Part shown: positions 1 to 9,241 of the stretch, piece by piece
Layout: the number at the start of each line of letters is the position of its first letter
Numbering within the stretch: position 1 is the first letter of the stretch
Assembly (NCBI GenBank): GCA_043739185.1
Contig: JAYUEN010000286.1
Coordinates: 39,604 to 103,603 of the forward strand
From: Bdellovibrionales bacterium
GTDB taxonomy: Bacteria; Bdellovibrionota; Bdellovibrionia; Bdellovibrionales; JAMPXM01
DNA: 64,000 nucleotides
Reading direction: 5' to 3'
Translations under genes and position numbers: made by a program
Notes under the pieces: generated by a model
Seen by the model: the letters and a program-made list of their open reading frames with translations, nothing else
The model's database searches: none
What the model was told of the DNA's origin: nothing

Positions 1-1173
1 GACCTCGTAGGATTTGGAATCATTATTCCGCTCAGTCCATACCTCGCGCGACAATTCAATGCTTCTGCTGTTGAAATTGGCTGGTTGATGGCGATCTATT
101 CTTTAATGCAATTTTTATTTTCACCTTTTTGGGGTGGCTTGAGTGATCGCATCGGAAGACGTCCTGTGATTCTCATTTCATTAGCTGGCAGCTTTTTGTC
201 TTATCTGTTATTTGCGTTTTCAACAAATCTGCCAGCCCTCTTCATTGCGCGTGCTCTTGCCGGCGGTTTTGGAGGCAATATCTCAACGACACATGCTTAT
301 ATCGCAGATATTACGACAAAAGAAAATCGCTCTAAAGGCATGGGAATGTTGGGCGCTGCTTTCGGACTCGGATTTATCTTTGGCCCTTTGATGGGAGGTT
401 TTCTTTCAATTATAGGAGAACATCTTGGTCAACTACCACCCTTCGGAAAAAGCTTTTCATCTGTTGGAGCAGCCGTCTTGTGTTTCGCCAATCTCATATT
501 TGCTTTCTTCAAATTGCCCGAGAGTCGAAACACTTTACATCCTTCGACTTCAGCTGAACACAATCCAAAAGTAAATCGCCTGAAAAAAATCTTTCAAGAG
601 GTCTTACGTCCGCTGACCGGTCCCTTGATGATTATTTTCTTTTTAACCGGCTTGGCAATGGCGCAAATGGAGTCGATGCTTTTTCCTTATATGAATGATC
701 GTTTTGGCTGGGATATGAAAATGTCGAGCTATGGTTTTGCCTATGTCGGAGTCCTGATGGTTTTAACTCAGGGTTATTTTGTAAGAAAGTGGATGCCACG
801 TTTCGGAGAAGTTCGAACTCTGATGATTGGCTTGGTTTTATTTTCAATTTCACTCGCAGGGATCTCAATGAGCGCAAACATCCTCGCCATGGGTATAGTG
901 ATGACTCTTCTCGCATTAGGAACGGGTTTGATGAGACCGCCTAACTTGGGATTGATCAGTCAATTGACATCTCCTGAGGAGCAAGGTCTGGTTTTGGGAG
1001 TTACCAATTCACTGTCTTCACTTGGACGAATTATTGGGCCGCTCATTGGTGGCTTTTTTTATCAACAGATTGCAAAGAACTCACCATTTTGGCTCGCCTC
1101 TATCGTTGTAATAGCCGCGATTTTTTTACTTGTTTTCGTCAACAAAAAATTAAGTCATAGGTTAAAAAATTAA
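1..1173 (+). CDS. MFS transporter, TetA/DHA1-like; 5'-truncated by the window edge
   Basis: Frame is open from base 1 (DLVGFGIIIP...). MFS motif A GGLSDRIGRRPV, motif C-like GAAFGLGFIFGPLMGG, many hydrophobic helices. Confidence 0.9.
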   Translation, partial: DLVGFGIIIPLSPYLARQFNASAVEIGWLMAIYSLMQFLFSPFWGGLSDRIGRRPVILISLAGSFLSYLLFAFSTNLPALFIARALAGGFGGNISTTHAYIADITTKENRSKGMGMLGAAFGLGFIFGPLMGGFLSIIGEHLGQLPPFGKSFSSVGAAVLCFANLIFAFFKLPESRNTLHPSTSAEHNPKVNRLKKIFQEVLRPLTGPLMIIFFLTGLAMAQMESMLFPYMNDRFGWDMKMSSYGFAYVGVLMVLTQGYFVRKWMPRFGEVRTLMIGLVLFSISLAGISMSANILAMGIVMTLLALGTGLMRPPNLGLISQLTSPEEQGLVLGVTNSLSSLGRIIGPLIGGFFYQQIAKNSPFWLASIVVIAAIFLLVFVNKKLSHRLKN

Positions 1174-1186
1174 ATTGGAGAAAATT

Positions 1187-1966
1187 ATGTCACTCAGCTG
1201 CTTTCATCTGGTTTTGCCCATCATTATATTTACCTCAATCGCTCATGCCAAAATCGTTCATAAAAAAATCGAGTACAAAGAGGGCTCGACCACCTTAGAA
1301 GGAGTCTTGGTTTTTGATGATGCAAAAACCGGCGCTCGTCCGGGAGTATTAATTGCCCACAATTGGATGGGAATTTCAGATGAAACCGAACGCAAAGCAG
1401 ATATGATAGCTGAACTCGGCTATATTGCTTTTGCTGCTGATTTATACGGTAAAGGCGTTCGACCCAAGGATTCATCTGAAGCCGGAAAATTTGCCGGCGG
1501 ATTGAAAGCAGATCGTAAAACTTTGCGGGCACGAATGAATGCAGGGCTCAATGAATTAAAGGACAGCAAACTTGTTAATAAAGACAAACTTGCAGCAATC
1601 GGTTACTGTTTCGGCGGAACTTCGGCAATTGAACTCGCGCGTTCGGGTGCGGAAATTCAAGGCGTGGTCAGTTTTCATGGCGGATTAGATAGTCCCGCTC
1701 CACGCGACGGAAAAAATATTAAGGCAAAAATATTAGCCTTGCACGGAGCCGACGACCCTTTTGAAAAAGCTGAAGATTTGCTCGCTTTTGAGAGTGAAAT
1801 GCGAACAAATAAAGTAGATTGGCAACTTATAAAGTACGGCGGAGCTGTACATAGCTTTACCGAAAAAGCTGCGGGCAATGACAACTCGAAAGGCGCCGCC
1901 TATAATGAGCGCGCCGATCGGAGATCCGTTCATGATATGAAAGAATTCTTTTCAGAAATCTTTTAA
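1187..1966 (+). CDS. Dienelactone hydrolase family protein, exported
   Basis: GYCFGG nucleophile elbow, LHGADDP, YGGAVHSFT. GGAG SD at 1177-1180 before ATG 1187. Signal-peptide-like N-terminus ending AHA. Confidence 0.9.
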   Translation: MSLSCFHLVLPIIIFTSIAHAKIVHKKIEYKEGSTTLEGVLVFDDAKTGARPGVLIAHNWMGISDETERKADMIAELGYIAFAADLYGKGVRPKDSSEAGKFAGGLKADRKTLRARMNAGLNELKDSKLVNKDKLAAIGYCFGGTSAIELARSGAEIQGVVSFHGGLDSPAPRDGKNIKAKILALHGADDPFEKAEDLLAFESEMRTNKVDWQLIKYGGAVHSFTEKAAGNDNSKGAAYNERADRRSVHDMKEFFSEIF

Positions 1967-2775
1967 ATTGTCGTAGTCGGTCTACCTGAAGTCGCTCGCT
2001 GAGGGGCTTCAGAATTTGTTCTTGCCGAAGTGGTGGCTGCTTGGTTCGCCTGAGCCTTTTGAGCTCCGGTCGCATTATTGTTTACAGGATATCCCGCACT
2101 TATGATTTGAGTGTTAGTTTGTGCTCCAAAATTATGGGTGTGCGTCTGATTTGACTTTTGCTGAGGCTGCATAGTTGTACTTTGTGGCGCCATATTTTGC
2201 TGAGCAGAATGCGAATTATTCATGTTTTGGTTTGCCATTTGGCTTTGCATATTTTGGTTGTAATTGTTTTGCTGTGCCTGAGGTTGAGACATCCCCCAAT
2301 TCATATTTTGATTTTGATAGTCTGGCATAATCTGGTGGCTTTGATCTAACATTGCTAAATGTGCCTGCGCAATTGAGCGCAAATTGGCCTCAAATTGAAT
2401 TCGAGCCCGCTTCATTTCACCCACTTCTTGATAAATTCTTTTCAGCGAATCTCTGGCATCTTTGACAATCATTTCGGCTTTCTGATTGGCATCATGCATG
2501 ATGAGCTTGGCTTCACGTTCAGCGTCGACTCGAATTTGTTCTGCCATGCGAGTTGCAGTGGTAATCGTGGTTTTAAGAGTCTCGTCGCGCTCACGATATT
2601 CTAATATATTGAGTTCTTTTTCTCTCAAAGTTTCTTTGAGTGAATTTCGCTCTCGAATGAGTTCTTCCATTTGGTCGGCCATTTCACGCAGAAATTCGAT
2701 TACTTCTTCGGAATCAAAACCCATGAATTTTTTCGAAAAGTTTTTGTGGGCTATATCGATTGGCGCGATTCTCAT
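1963..2775 (-). CDS. divIVA: DivIVA-domain protein with Q/N-rich low-complexity C-terminal tail
   Basis: N-terminus MRIAPIDIAHKNFSKKFMGFDSEEVIEFL matches the DivIVA domain, followed by a coiled coil. AGGAGG SD. Lies downstream of yggS-proC. Confidence 0.9.
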   Translation of the reverse strand: MRIAPIDIAHKNFSKKFMGFDSEEVIEFLREMADQMEELIRERNSLKETLREKELNILEYRERDETLKTTITTATRMAEQIRVDAEREAKLIMHDANQKAEMIVKDARDSLKRIYQEVGEMKRARIQFEANLRSIAQAHLAMLDQSHQIMPDYQNQNMNWGMSQPQAQQNNYNQNMQSQMANQNMNNSHSAQQNMAPQSTTMQPQQKSNQTHTHNFGAQTNTQIISAGYPVNNNATGAQKAQANQAATTSARTNSEAPQRATSGRPTTTI

Positions 2776-2973
2776 TTTTCCTCCTGGTATAAGGTACCCA
2801 CTTCCTTTATCGGATGCGTCGCGCCGTTTGAATCATCATTTGAAAATTAAAAAGGCGCTTAGCATCCGATCAAGGAAGCGGATACTTTTTCAGGCTAACC
2901 GACTTTTTGACAGTATAGTAGAATAGCTTCAAAGGGCTGGGAATTCTGGACCAAAGACCGGCGGTCTGGACCA

Positions 2974-3804
2974 CTATTGCTTCTCAGTAGTTCGCGAAAT
3001 TTCTTGATCGCGCAGTACGGCTTTTTCAAAACTATATCTTAAAGCGCGCTCAATTTCGAGTTCACGCATTGATTGCAATCCTGCGAAGGTGACTCCTTTT
3101 TTCGAAACAACTTTCTCTTGTAAATCAACCAAGCTCGTCTCAGGAGTTTTTTCTGCCAACATTGCTGCTCCTAAAAAAGTCTGTACCACCATTTCACGTG
3201 CGAGTTTCGAGTCAAAATTATGTTCCTCAAGCCACTCTTGCCAATACTCCATTAACTCTAAAACAAAGCCAGTACCGCTGCCACAAGAAACTGTCAGCGC
3301 TTCAAAAGCTTCGCCTTCAGGTACCGGAACCAATAAGCCTAAGGGTTGAAAAATCTCAATGACTTGTACTTCGTATGAGGAAGCTTTTGGTCCCAGACAA
3401 TATCCAACAACAGCTTTGCGTATTGTCGATGGCGTATTGGGCATCACGCGCACCAGACCCGAAACCTCCGGCAATAATTTTTGCAAGGACTTTATCGAAA
3501 AACCAGCCGCCAGTGAAATAACAAGATGTCCACTCGAAAATGTGGTGGCGATGGGTTCGAGCACCAATGCGAGATCTTGAGGTTTAACGGCCAAAACCAC
3601 AGTTTCGCATTTCTCAACTAACTCTTCATTGGTCTTACAAATCTGAATTCCAAACTGCTCATTCATTTTTAGCAGTTTTCCGGGAGAGCGATTGGTCGCA
3701 AATATTTGAGCGGCTTCGTAAGTTTTACTTTCAAGTAACGCACGTACAATGGCCTGACCGAGATTTCCGATTCCGATAAAACCAATTTTTTTATTTTTTA
3801 TCAC
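2974..3804 (-). CDS. proC: Pyrroline-5-carboxylate reductase
   Basis: IGFIGIGNLG Rossmann motif, LAVKPQ, VRVMPNTP, SCGSG, VVSKKGVT. Confidence 0.93.
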   Translation of the reverse strand: MIKNKKIGFIGIGNLGQAIVRALLESKTYEAAQIFATNRSPGKLLKMNEQFGIQICKTNEELVEKCETVVLAVKPQDLALVLEPIATTFSSGHLVISLAAGFSIKSLQKLLPEVSGLVRVMPNTPSTIRKAVVGYCLGPKASSYEVQVIEIFQPLGLLVPVPEGEAFEALTVSCGSGTGFVLELMEYWQEWLEEHNFDSKLAREMVVQTFLGAAMLAEKTPETSLVDLQEKVVSKKGVTFAGLQSMRELEIERALRYSFEKAVLRDQEISRTTEKQ

Positions 3805-4508
3805 TGATTTTCCCTTTGCCCAAAGATAGCCGTGCCAATGCGAACATGAGTGGCGCCTTCGAAAATCGCAGACTCAAAATCATGGGTCGTCCCCATTGAT
3901 AAGATCTTAAAATTTGATTTTTGGCTATCAGATAATTTTGGCTTTTGATCTTCCATAAAACTTCGCAAAGTTTGAAAATACTCTCGTTGCGCGGCCGGAG
4001 TGTCTACTAAAGGTGGTAAACACATTAGTCCACAAAGCTTCAGATTTTCAAAATCAAGAATTTGCCTGAACAGAGTTTCGGCCTCTTCAAATCGAACGCC
4101 AGATTTTGAATCTTCGTCACCGACATTGATTTGCAGCAAAATGCTTTGAACAATATTTTTCTTTTTTGCTTCCTGATTGAGAACTTTCGCCAATGATATT
4201 CGGTCAACAGAATGGATCAAGTGAAATGCACCTACGACCTGATGAGCTTTATTACTCTGAAGATGGCCAATAAAATGCCAGATTGGCGGACTTTCGAGCT
4301 TTGAAAAATTTGAAATTTTTTGCAGAGCTTCTTGAACATAGTTTTCGCCAAAGTGTTTTTGACCTGCTGATATCGCCTCTGTAATTTGCTCTAATGGTTT
4401 GGTTTTAGAAACCGCAATCAGCGTGCAAGAGTCAGCTTCACGACCAGCTTTTTGGCAATTAATTGAGATTTGCAATTTTAGATTTTTAAGATTTTCTGCG
4501 ATCGACAT
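3801..4508 (-). CDS. yggS: PLP homeostasis protein YggS/PLPBP
   Basis: LIAVSKTKP, FGENYVQE, WHFIGHLQSNK, LSMGT, GATHVRIGTAIFG. Confidence 0.95.
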   Translation of the reverse strand: MSIAENLKNLKLQISINCQKAGREADSCTLIAVSKTKPLEQITEAISAGQKHFGENYVQEALQKISNFSKLESPPIWHFIGHLQSNKAHQVVGAFHLIHSVDRISLAKVLNQEAKKKNIVQSILLQINVGDEDSKSGVRFEEAETLFRQILDFENLKLCGLMCLPPLVDTPAAQREYFQTLRSFMEDQKPKLSDSQKSNFKILSMGTTHDFESAIFEGATHVRIGTAIFGQRENQ

Positions 4509-5088
4509 GCCAATTATTTTCTCTCAAAATTTGCTCAACTAGACCAATTGAAAGCCCCATTACATTGTCAATATTTCCTTCTATTCGATCGATAAATCCC
4601 TCTTCGAGAGTTTGAATCCCATAAGCACCTGCTTTGTCTAAGCCATCCCCGCTCGCCACATAACTAGTAATCTGTTTATTCGTGAGCTCTCGAAAGTGCA
4701 CATATGACTCTTCGTGAACACAAATTTCACGGTTTCTTTCGGGTTCTAAAACGCAGATGGCTGTGATGACACTGTGCTTTCGTCCTGAAAGTTTCACTAA
4801 ATACTCTCTCGACTGTTCAAGGTCTTTAGGCTTGCCTAGAACTTCGCCATCTAGGACCACTAAGGTGTCTGCGGAGAGCACCAAATTATGTGGGGACTTC
4901 GGGTACTTATCCGACTCGACCAAAGCATAGGCTTTTTGTCTGGCGAGATCCTCAATTTGTAAGGCCAAGCTTAGGTTTTTGTTTGGAATTTCCGATATTT
5001 GAATAGAGTGAACTGAAAATAAAAAACCAGCTCTTTCGAGGAGCTCTCTTCTGCGCGGAGACCCGGAAGCTAAAATGAGCGTGTGCAT
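4486..5088 (-). CDS. maf: Maf-family nucleoside triphosphate pyrophosphatase
   Basis: LILASGSPRRRELL, SADTLV, LGKP, DKAGAYGIQ, NVMGL. Confidence 0.95.
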   Translation of the reverse strand: MHTLILASGSPRRRELLERAGFLFSVHSIQISEIPNKNLSLALQIEDLARQKAYALVESDKYPKSPHNLVLSADTLVVLDGEVLGKPKDLEQSREYLVKLSGRKHSVITAICVLEPERNREICVHEESYVHFRELTNKQITSYVASGDGLDKAGAYGIQTLEEGFIDRIEGNIDNVMGLSIGLVEQILRENNWHVDRRKS

Positions 5089-6018
5089 ACATTCAGTTAC
5101 ACCACAGAAAGGCTGTTAATGGGAAGCAATATCAAACTCTATGTCGGAATTTTAGTATTTGGATTTGCGGTCTTTCGTTTTCTCTCCGCACTCTTTGCAA
5201 AAAACGAAGAAGCGAAGTCTTTGCAATGGGCCTCGGCAAGTGCTCCCGTTAAATCAAAATCTAATATCATCGAGTTCTCACGGCAACTGGCTCACCAATT
5301 CACTTTGTCACATGCTATTCGCATGAAAAACCCAAGTTACCGAAAGAAGATCGAACATCTCATCATCACTTCGGGGCTATCGGCCGAATTGAATGTTGAC
5401 GAGTTCATCGCACTTCAGCTCCTTTGGGGAATTATGTTTCCCATTTTGTGTTTGATTTTAAATTTCTCTTTGCAACTAGGTTACCCCTATTTCATTTTCC
5501 TTGCGATGATTCCCTTTGGTTACAATGTTCCCCGCTTTCACGCAAATGCACAGAGAACTTCGCGCCAACGATCGATTCTCATGGACCTCCCGTTCTTCGT
5601 TGATTTGATGTCGCTCGCTGCGGAAGCCGGCCTCGATCTACAAGGTTCGATGAAAAAAATTGTAGAAAAATCGAGTGAGGACAGCGTACTCGCCGACGAA
5701 TTCAATCGCGTTCTCGAAGACATCGCGATCGGAAGTTCTCGCATTGACGCCCTTAAGACTCTCGCAAAACGCATCGACTTGAATGAAGTAAATTCTCTAG
5801 TCAACGTCATCGTTGATTCAGAAAGCACCGGCGCCAGTGTGGTCAAAGTACTAAAAGAACAATCCATTCAAATGCGTCTCGAACGTTTTGTTCGCGCCGA
5901 GAAAGCTGGCGCCAAAGCTTCGCAAGCCATACTAGTTCCGATGATTTTATTTATTATGCCTGCAGTTTTCATAATGGTGTTCGCTCCTGTGGCTCTTAAC
6001 ATGATGTTTGGAAAATAA
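5083..6018 (+). CDS. tadC: TadC-like type II secretion system F family pilus platform protein (start GTG 5083 or ATG 5119)
   Basis: DLPFFVDLMSLAAEAGL, GSSRIDALKTLAKR, RLERFVRAEKAGAKAS, C-terminal TM PMILFIMPAVFIMVFAP. Confidence 0.85.
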   Translation: MHTFSYTTERLLMGSNIKLYVGILVFGFAVFRFLSALFAKNEEAKSLQWASASAPVKSKSNIIEFSRQLAHQFTLSHAIRMKNPSYRKKIEHLIITSGLSAELNVDEFIALQLLWGIMFPILCLILNFSLQLGYPYFIFLAMIPFGYNVPRFHANAQRTSRQRSILMDLPFFVDLMSLAAEAGLDLQGSMKKIVEKSSEDSVLADEFNRVLEDIAIGSSRIDALKTLAKRIDLNEVNSLVNVIVDSESTGASVVKVLKEQSIQMRLERFVRAEKAGAKASQAILVPMILFIMPAVFIMVFAPVALNMMFGK

Positions 6019-6019
6019 A

Positions 6020-6370
6020 ATGAAACGGCTCTTGAATAAATCAAAATCAAATTCGCAAATCGCAGGCTCACTGCGCATTGCCGATTCTTTTTATTTAAGA
6101 CTCAAAGGCTTAATGTTTGACCGCAATATGGCTCCGGGATCCGCTCTGTTTTTTCAGGACTGCCGTTGCATTCACACCTGTTTCATGAATTTTGCAATTG
6201 ATACAATTTTCGTTGATCAAAATTTTGTCGCTAAAAAAACTTTTGAAAATATTAAACCCTGGAGATTTTCGCAAATCGTTTGGCAAGCTAGTTCAGTCAT
6301 TGAACTACCTGCCGGAACTTTAAAAGCAACACCCGTCGACATCGGAGATGTACTTTATGTGGGCGATTAG
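6020..6370 (+). CDS. DUF192 family protein, tad-cluster-associated type
   Basis: IADSFYLRLKGLM, IHTCFMNFAID, SVIELPAG motifs. Confidence 0.85.
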   Translation: MKRLLNKSKSNSQIAGSLRIADSFYLRLKGLMFDRNMAPGSALFFQDCRCIHTCFMNFAIDTIFVDQNFVAKKTFENIKPWRFSQIVWQASSVIELPAGTLKATPVDIGDVLYVGD

Positions 6371-8048
6371 AATTTTGAGTGGAGCACAAGCGGGCCAGAT
6401 TTATCCTTTGAAAATGGGAAAAAATGCAATTGGTCGCGCCCCTCAATGTGAAATTAAAATTCAAGCTCAAGGCGTTTCAAAAGAACATGCGCAAATCTTT
6501 TTAACGGATGACAAAATTATTTTAAGCGATCTCAATTCACGAAACGGCACCTTTGTTAATGGTGTCAAAATACAAAATCAACGAGTGAATGTAGGCGATA
6601 AAATTGCACTTAAGGATATTATCTTTGATATTTTGAAATTGCCAGATGTTGCCCTCTTGTCGCAACATCAAAAGGCCAATCGTCCGCCAGGACTAAACAC
6701 TGGTGTGGGATCGCCGCAAAGCCATCCCCAAAGCTGGAATTCAAATGCCGCGCCTCAAATGGGCCATCACCTCAATCCTTTTATGGAAGCAAATGATTTT
6801 GCTCATCCTCACGGCCATAGTCAATTTCAGCCCGAAATGCATCACTCGGACCCGGATCAACTAAGTCTCGAAAAGGGAAGCTTTTTTCAGAACCTTAAAA
6901 ATCTGTTGGACAATTATTTCGAAACCGTTGCCATGCCAGGCATCTACTCCTTTGCCCAGTCCCTAGAATATCGATGGGTGATAGGAACTTTTGTTGGCAT
7001 TTTCATTTTCTTGGTGACTGCACTTTCAACCGTGCCCATGACGACAACCATCTCTCATACTATAGAGGCCGAAAGTATGCGACGTGCTGTTACGATTGCT
7101 CGCGGTCTTGCGCAATCAAATAGACAAGCCGTATTAGATAATCTTGAGGTTTCAGTGAGCACTCGCACCGCTGAAATTGAAGATGGCGTTTCGGTGGCCG
7201 CAATCATTTCTGGTAAGGATGGCCATGTGATTGCACCGGCAAATTTGAGACAGCAAGAAGTTGAAAATACCTTTTTCAGAGAAGCTCGACGTGAAGGCAA
7301 AGAATTTCATAAGGCCCTTGGCCGCTCGCTTGTAGGCGCCAGCACGCCCATCATTTCTTACGACGCCCAAAGAGGCGAACAAACGCCGGTTGCTTACGCG
7401 ATCGTGATTTATGATCTCTCCGCTGTTGGCATTCGCACCGAACAGACTTTTAGTTTGTTCGTCGAAACTTTTGCAATCTCGCTTTTCTTTGGATTTTTGC
7501 TTTTCTTCATCCTTATGAAAATTATTGAGCATCCCATCGTGAATCTGAATGAACAACTCGACAGCGCCTTGCGAGATGGGCGCGACGACATCAGCACAGA
7601 CTATAACTTTCCTCTTCTGAAGAACTTGGTAACCAATATCGGGAGTACCCTAACCAGACTTGCGAGCTCCGGAGGAGCCGATGCTCCTCAAGTCAATTTC
7701 CAACAGCGCCACGACGAAGCGGTTCATCTCATCTCGCTTATCGACAATCCCGCCATTGCGATTTCTGCAGTGGACTCCAAGATTATATCGGCCAATTTGG
7801 CATTTGAAAATCTTCTGGGATCGCAGCTCTCAATCGCCGGACTTTCAATAACCGAATTGTCCGATCCGGCATTGAGACAAAACATAGTTCAGATGATTCA
7901 TTCTTTACGGGGTCAACCGGATGAAAAAGTCTTAAGTCATATTCCTTTTGATGGCATTGATCATACTCTTTCTGGTCGCGCAATCTTTGCAGTCAATGAA
8001 CCCGTCTATTATGTTATTTCGATTCACAAAGAACAGGGGGGCCATTAA
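6357..8048 (+). CDS. Membrane protein: FHA domain, linker, 2 TM with periplasmic domain, HAMP-like and PAS-like regions
   Basis: Canonical FHA motifs IGR, SKEH, SRNGTFVNG. Two hydrophobic helices. IEHPIVNLNEQL HAMP-like start. NPAIAIS...IISANLAFENLLG PAS-like segment. Confidence 0.8.
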   Translation: MWAIRILSGAQAGQIYPLKMGKNAIGRAPQCEIKIQAQGVSKEHAQIFLTDDKIILSDLNSRNGTFVNGVKIQNQRVNVGDKIALKDIIFDILKLPDVALLSQHQKANRPPGLNTGVGSPQSHPQSWNSNAAPQMGHHLNPFMEANDFAHPHGHSQFQPEMHHSDPDQLSLEKGSFFQNLKNLLDNYFETVAMPGIYSFAQSLEYRWVIGTFVGIFIFLVTALSTVPMTTTISHTIEAESMRRAVTIARGLAQSNRQAVLDNLEVSVSTRTAEIEDGVSVAAIISGKDGHVIAPANLRQQEVENTFFREARREGKEFHKALGRSLVGASTPIISYDAQRGEQTPVAYAIVIYDLSAVGIRTEQTFSLFVETFAISLFFGFLLFFILMKIIEHPIVNLNEQLDSALRDGRDDISTDYNFPLLKNLVTNIGSTLTRLASSGGADAPQVNFQQRHDEAVHLISLIDNPAIAISAVDSKIISANLAFENLLGSQLSIAGLSITELSDPALRQNIVQMIHSLRGQPDEKVLSHIPFDGIDHTLSGRAIFAVNEPVYYVISIHKEQGGH

Positions 8049-8051
8049 TAA

Positions 8052-9236
8052 GTGTCAGCTCCAGCTGTTAATTTGCAAGCTAGTAAAGTAAGACTCACTC
8101 TTACTATTACCGAAGGCCTAGACAAAGGTTCTTCGTTTCAAATCATTCCACCAAAGGTGCTGATTGGGCGAGATCCAAATTGCCATATAGTCTTGCAAGA
8201 TTCAAAGTGCAGTCGCCAACAAGTTGCCATTCATGTACTCCCCGATCGAATTTCTATTGAGGACCTGAGCTCAAAGAAAACCACATTAGTGAATTCGTTT
8301 CAAATTAGTTCCGTCGACCTCAAACATGGTGACTCAATTGAAATTGGCGACACCGTACTTATTTTTAAAGCTGAAATTGTTCAGAAACAAAAGGGACAAC
8401 AAGAGCTTCAATTGGTTTCTCAAAATCCCGCAGCGGCTCAGAATGGATCCCGGCTACCCCAGTCAAGACAACAGGCATCGCCTGGTGTTCAAGGACTGCC
8501 GGGACGCTCAAAATCCTCGCGTCGTTCTCAACCCCAAAGCGGAAGTGGTGGCATTACATTTTATATTATAGCGGCTATATTATTGGGTGGACTGGTTTAT
8601 CTTTTGTCGAGTTCACACGGTCCAAAGGTTATCGAGGCCACCACACGAAATCAGGACAAAGTAGACGCCGAAATAAAACGCGCGGAAGCTCAATCCGCAG
8701 AAGATTTAGCACTAAAAAAATTAGATTCCGCGGATGCAAAAGCTCACTATGAGCAAGGTAGTCGAAAATTCATGAACGGAAATGAGAAGTTTGCAAAGTC
8801 GGACTTTCTGGGTGCAACGAAAGATTTCGAAGATGCGATCGGTCTCTTTACTGAATTTTTTGGTGCCCGAAAATTTTCAACAGCTGAAGAGCATACCAAA
8901 TATGTCGAGGCCAATAAACACTACCTAGAAGGATTCAGAGATTACAGCAAGGGGCAGTACTCGCGTGCCATTCGCTCCTTTGAAACCGCATTGGCCATTG
9001 ATCCCTCCCATAAACTTGCCGGAAGATATCGCGAATATGCATTTCGATCACGTGAGGAATTCATCGCCACCGCTCTCGAATTTGGCAAGCAATACCACGA
9101 AAAACAAATGTATACGCGCTGCTCTGCCTCTCTTGAAAAAGTCCTAGTCGAAATTAAAAATGAAAGTGATTTACGATATAAAGAAGCCGTGTCTTTAAAG
9201 CGGGTTTGCGATTCCTACCTCAGAAAGGATGATTAG
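8052..9236 (+). CDS. FHA domain + single TM + TPR-like repeat protein
   Basis: IGRDPNCHIVL...SRQQ FHA, Q/S/R-rich linker, TM ITFYIIAAILLGGLVYLL, TPR-like HYLEGFRDYSKGQYSRAIRSFETALAIDP. Confidence 0.8.
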   Translation: MSAPAVNLQASKVRLTLTITEGLDKGSSFQIIPPKVLIGRDPNCHIVLQDSKCSRQQVAIHVLPDRISIEDLSSKKTTLVNSFQISSVDLKHGDSIEIGDTVLIFKAEIVQKQKGQQELQLVSQNPAAAQNGSRLPQSRQQASPGVQGLPGRSKSSRRSQPQSGSGGITFYIIAAILLGGLVYLLSSSHGPKVIEATTRNQDKVDAEIKRAEAQSAEDLALKKLDSADAKAHYEQGSRKFMNGNEKFAKSDFLGATKDFEDAIGLFTEFFGARKFSTAEEHTKYVEANKHYLEGFRDYSKGQYSRAIRSFETALAIDPSHKLAGRYREYAFRSREEFIATALEFGKQYHEKQMYTRCSASLEKVLVEIKNESDLRYKEAVSLKRVCDSYLRKDD

Positions 9237-9241
9237 CTCTC

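Noticed and set aside
1..1173. MFS gene as an acquired tetracycline-resistance determinant
   Set aside because: There is no tetR or mobile-element context, and it sits in a housekeeping neighbourhood. Substrate cannot be inferred.
2945..2973. TCTGGACCA direct repeat and AGACCG-G-CGGTCT inverted repeat just after proC
   Set aside because: Short, with a 1-nt loop and no U-tract, so too weak to call a terminator or operator.
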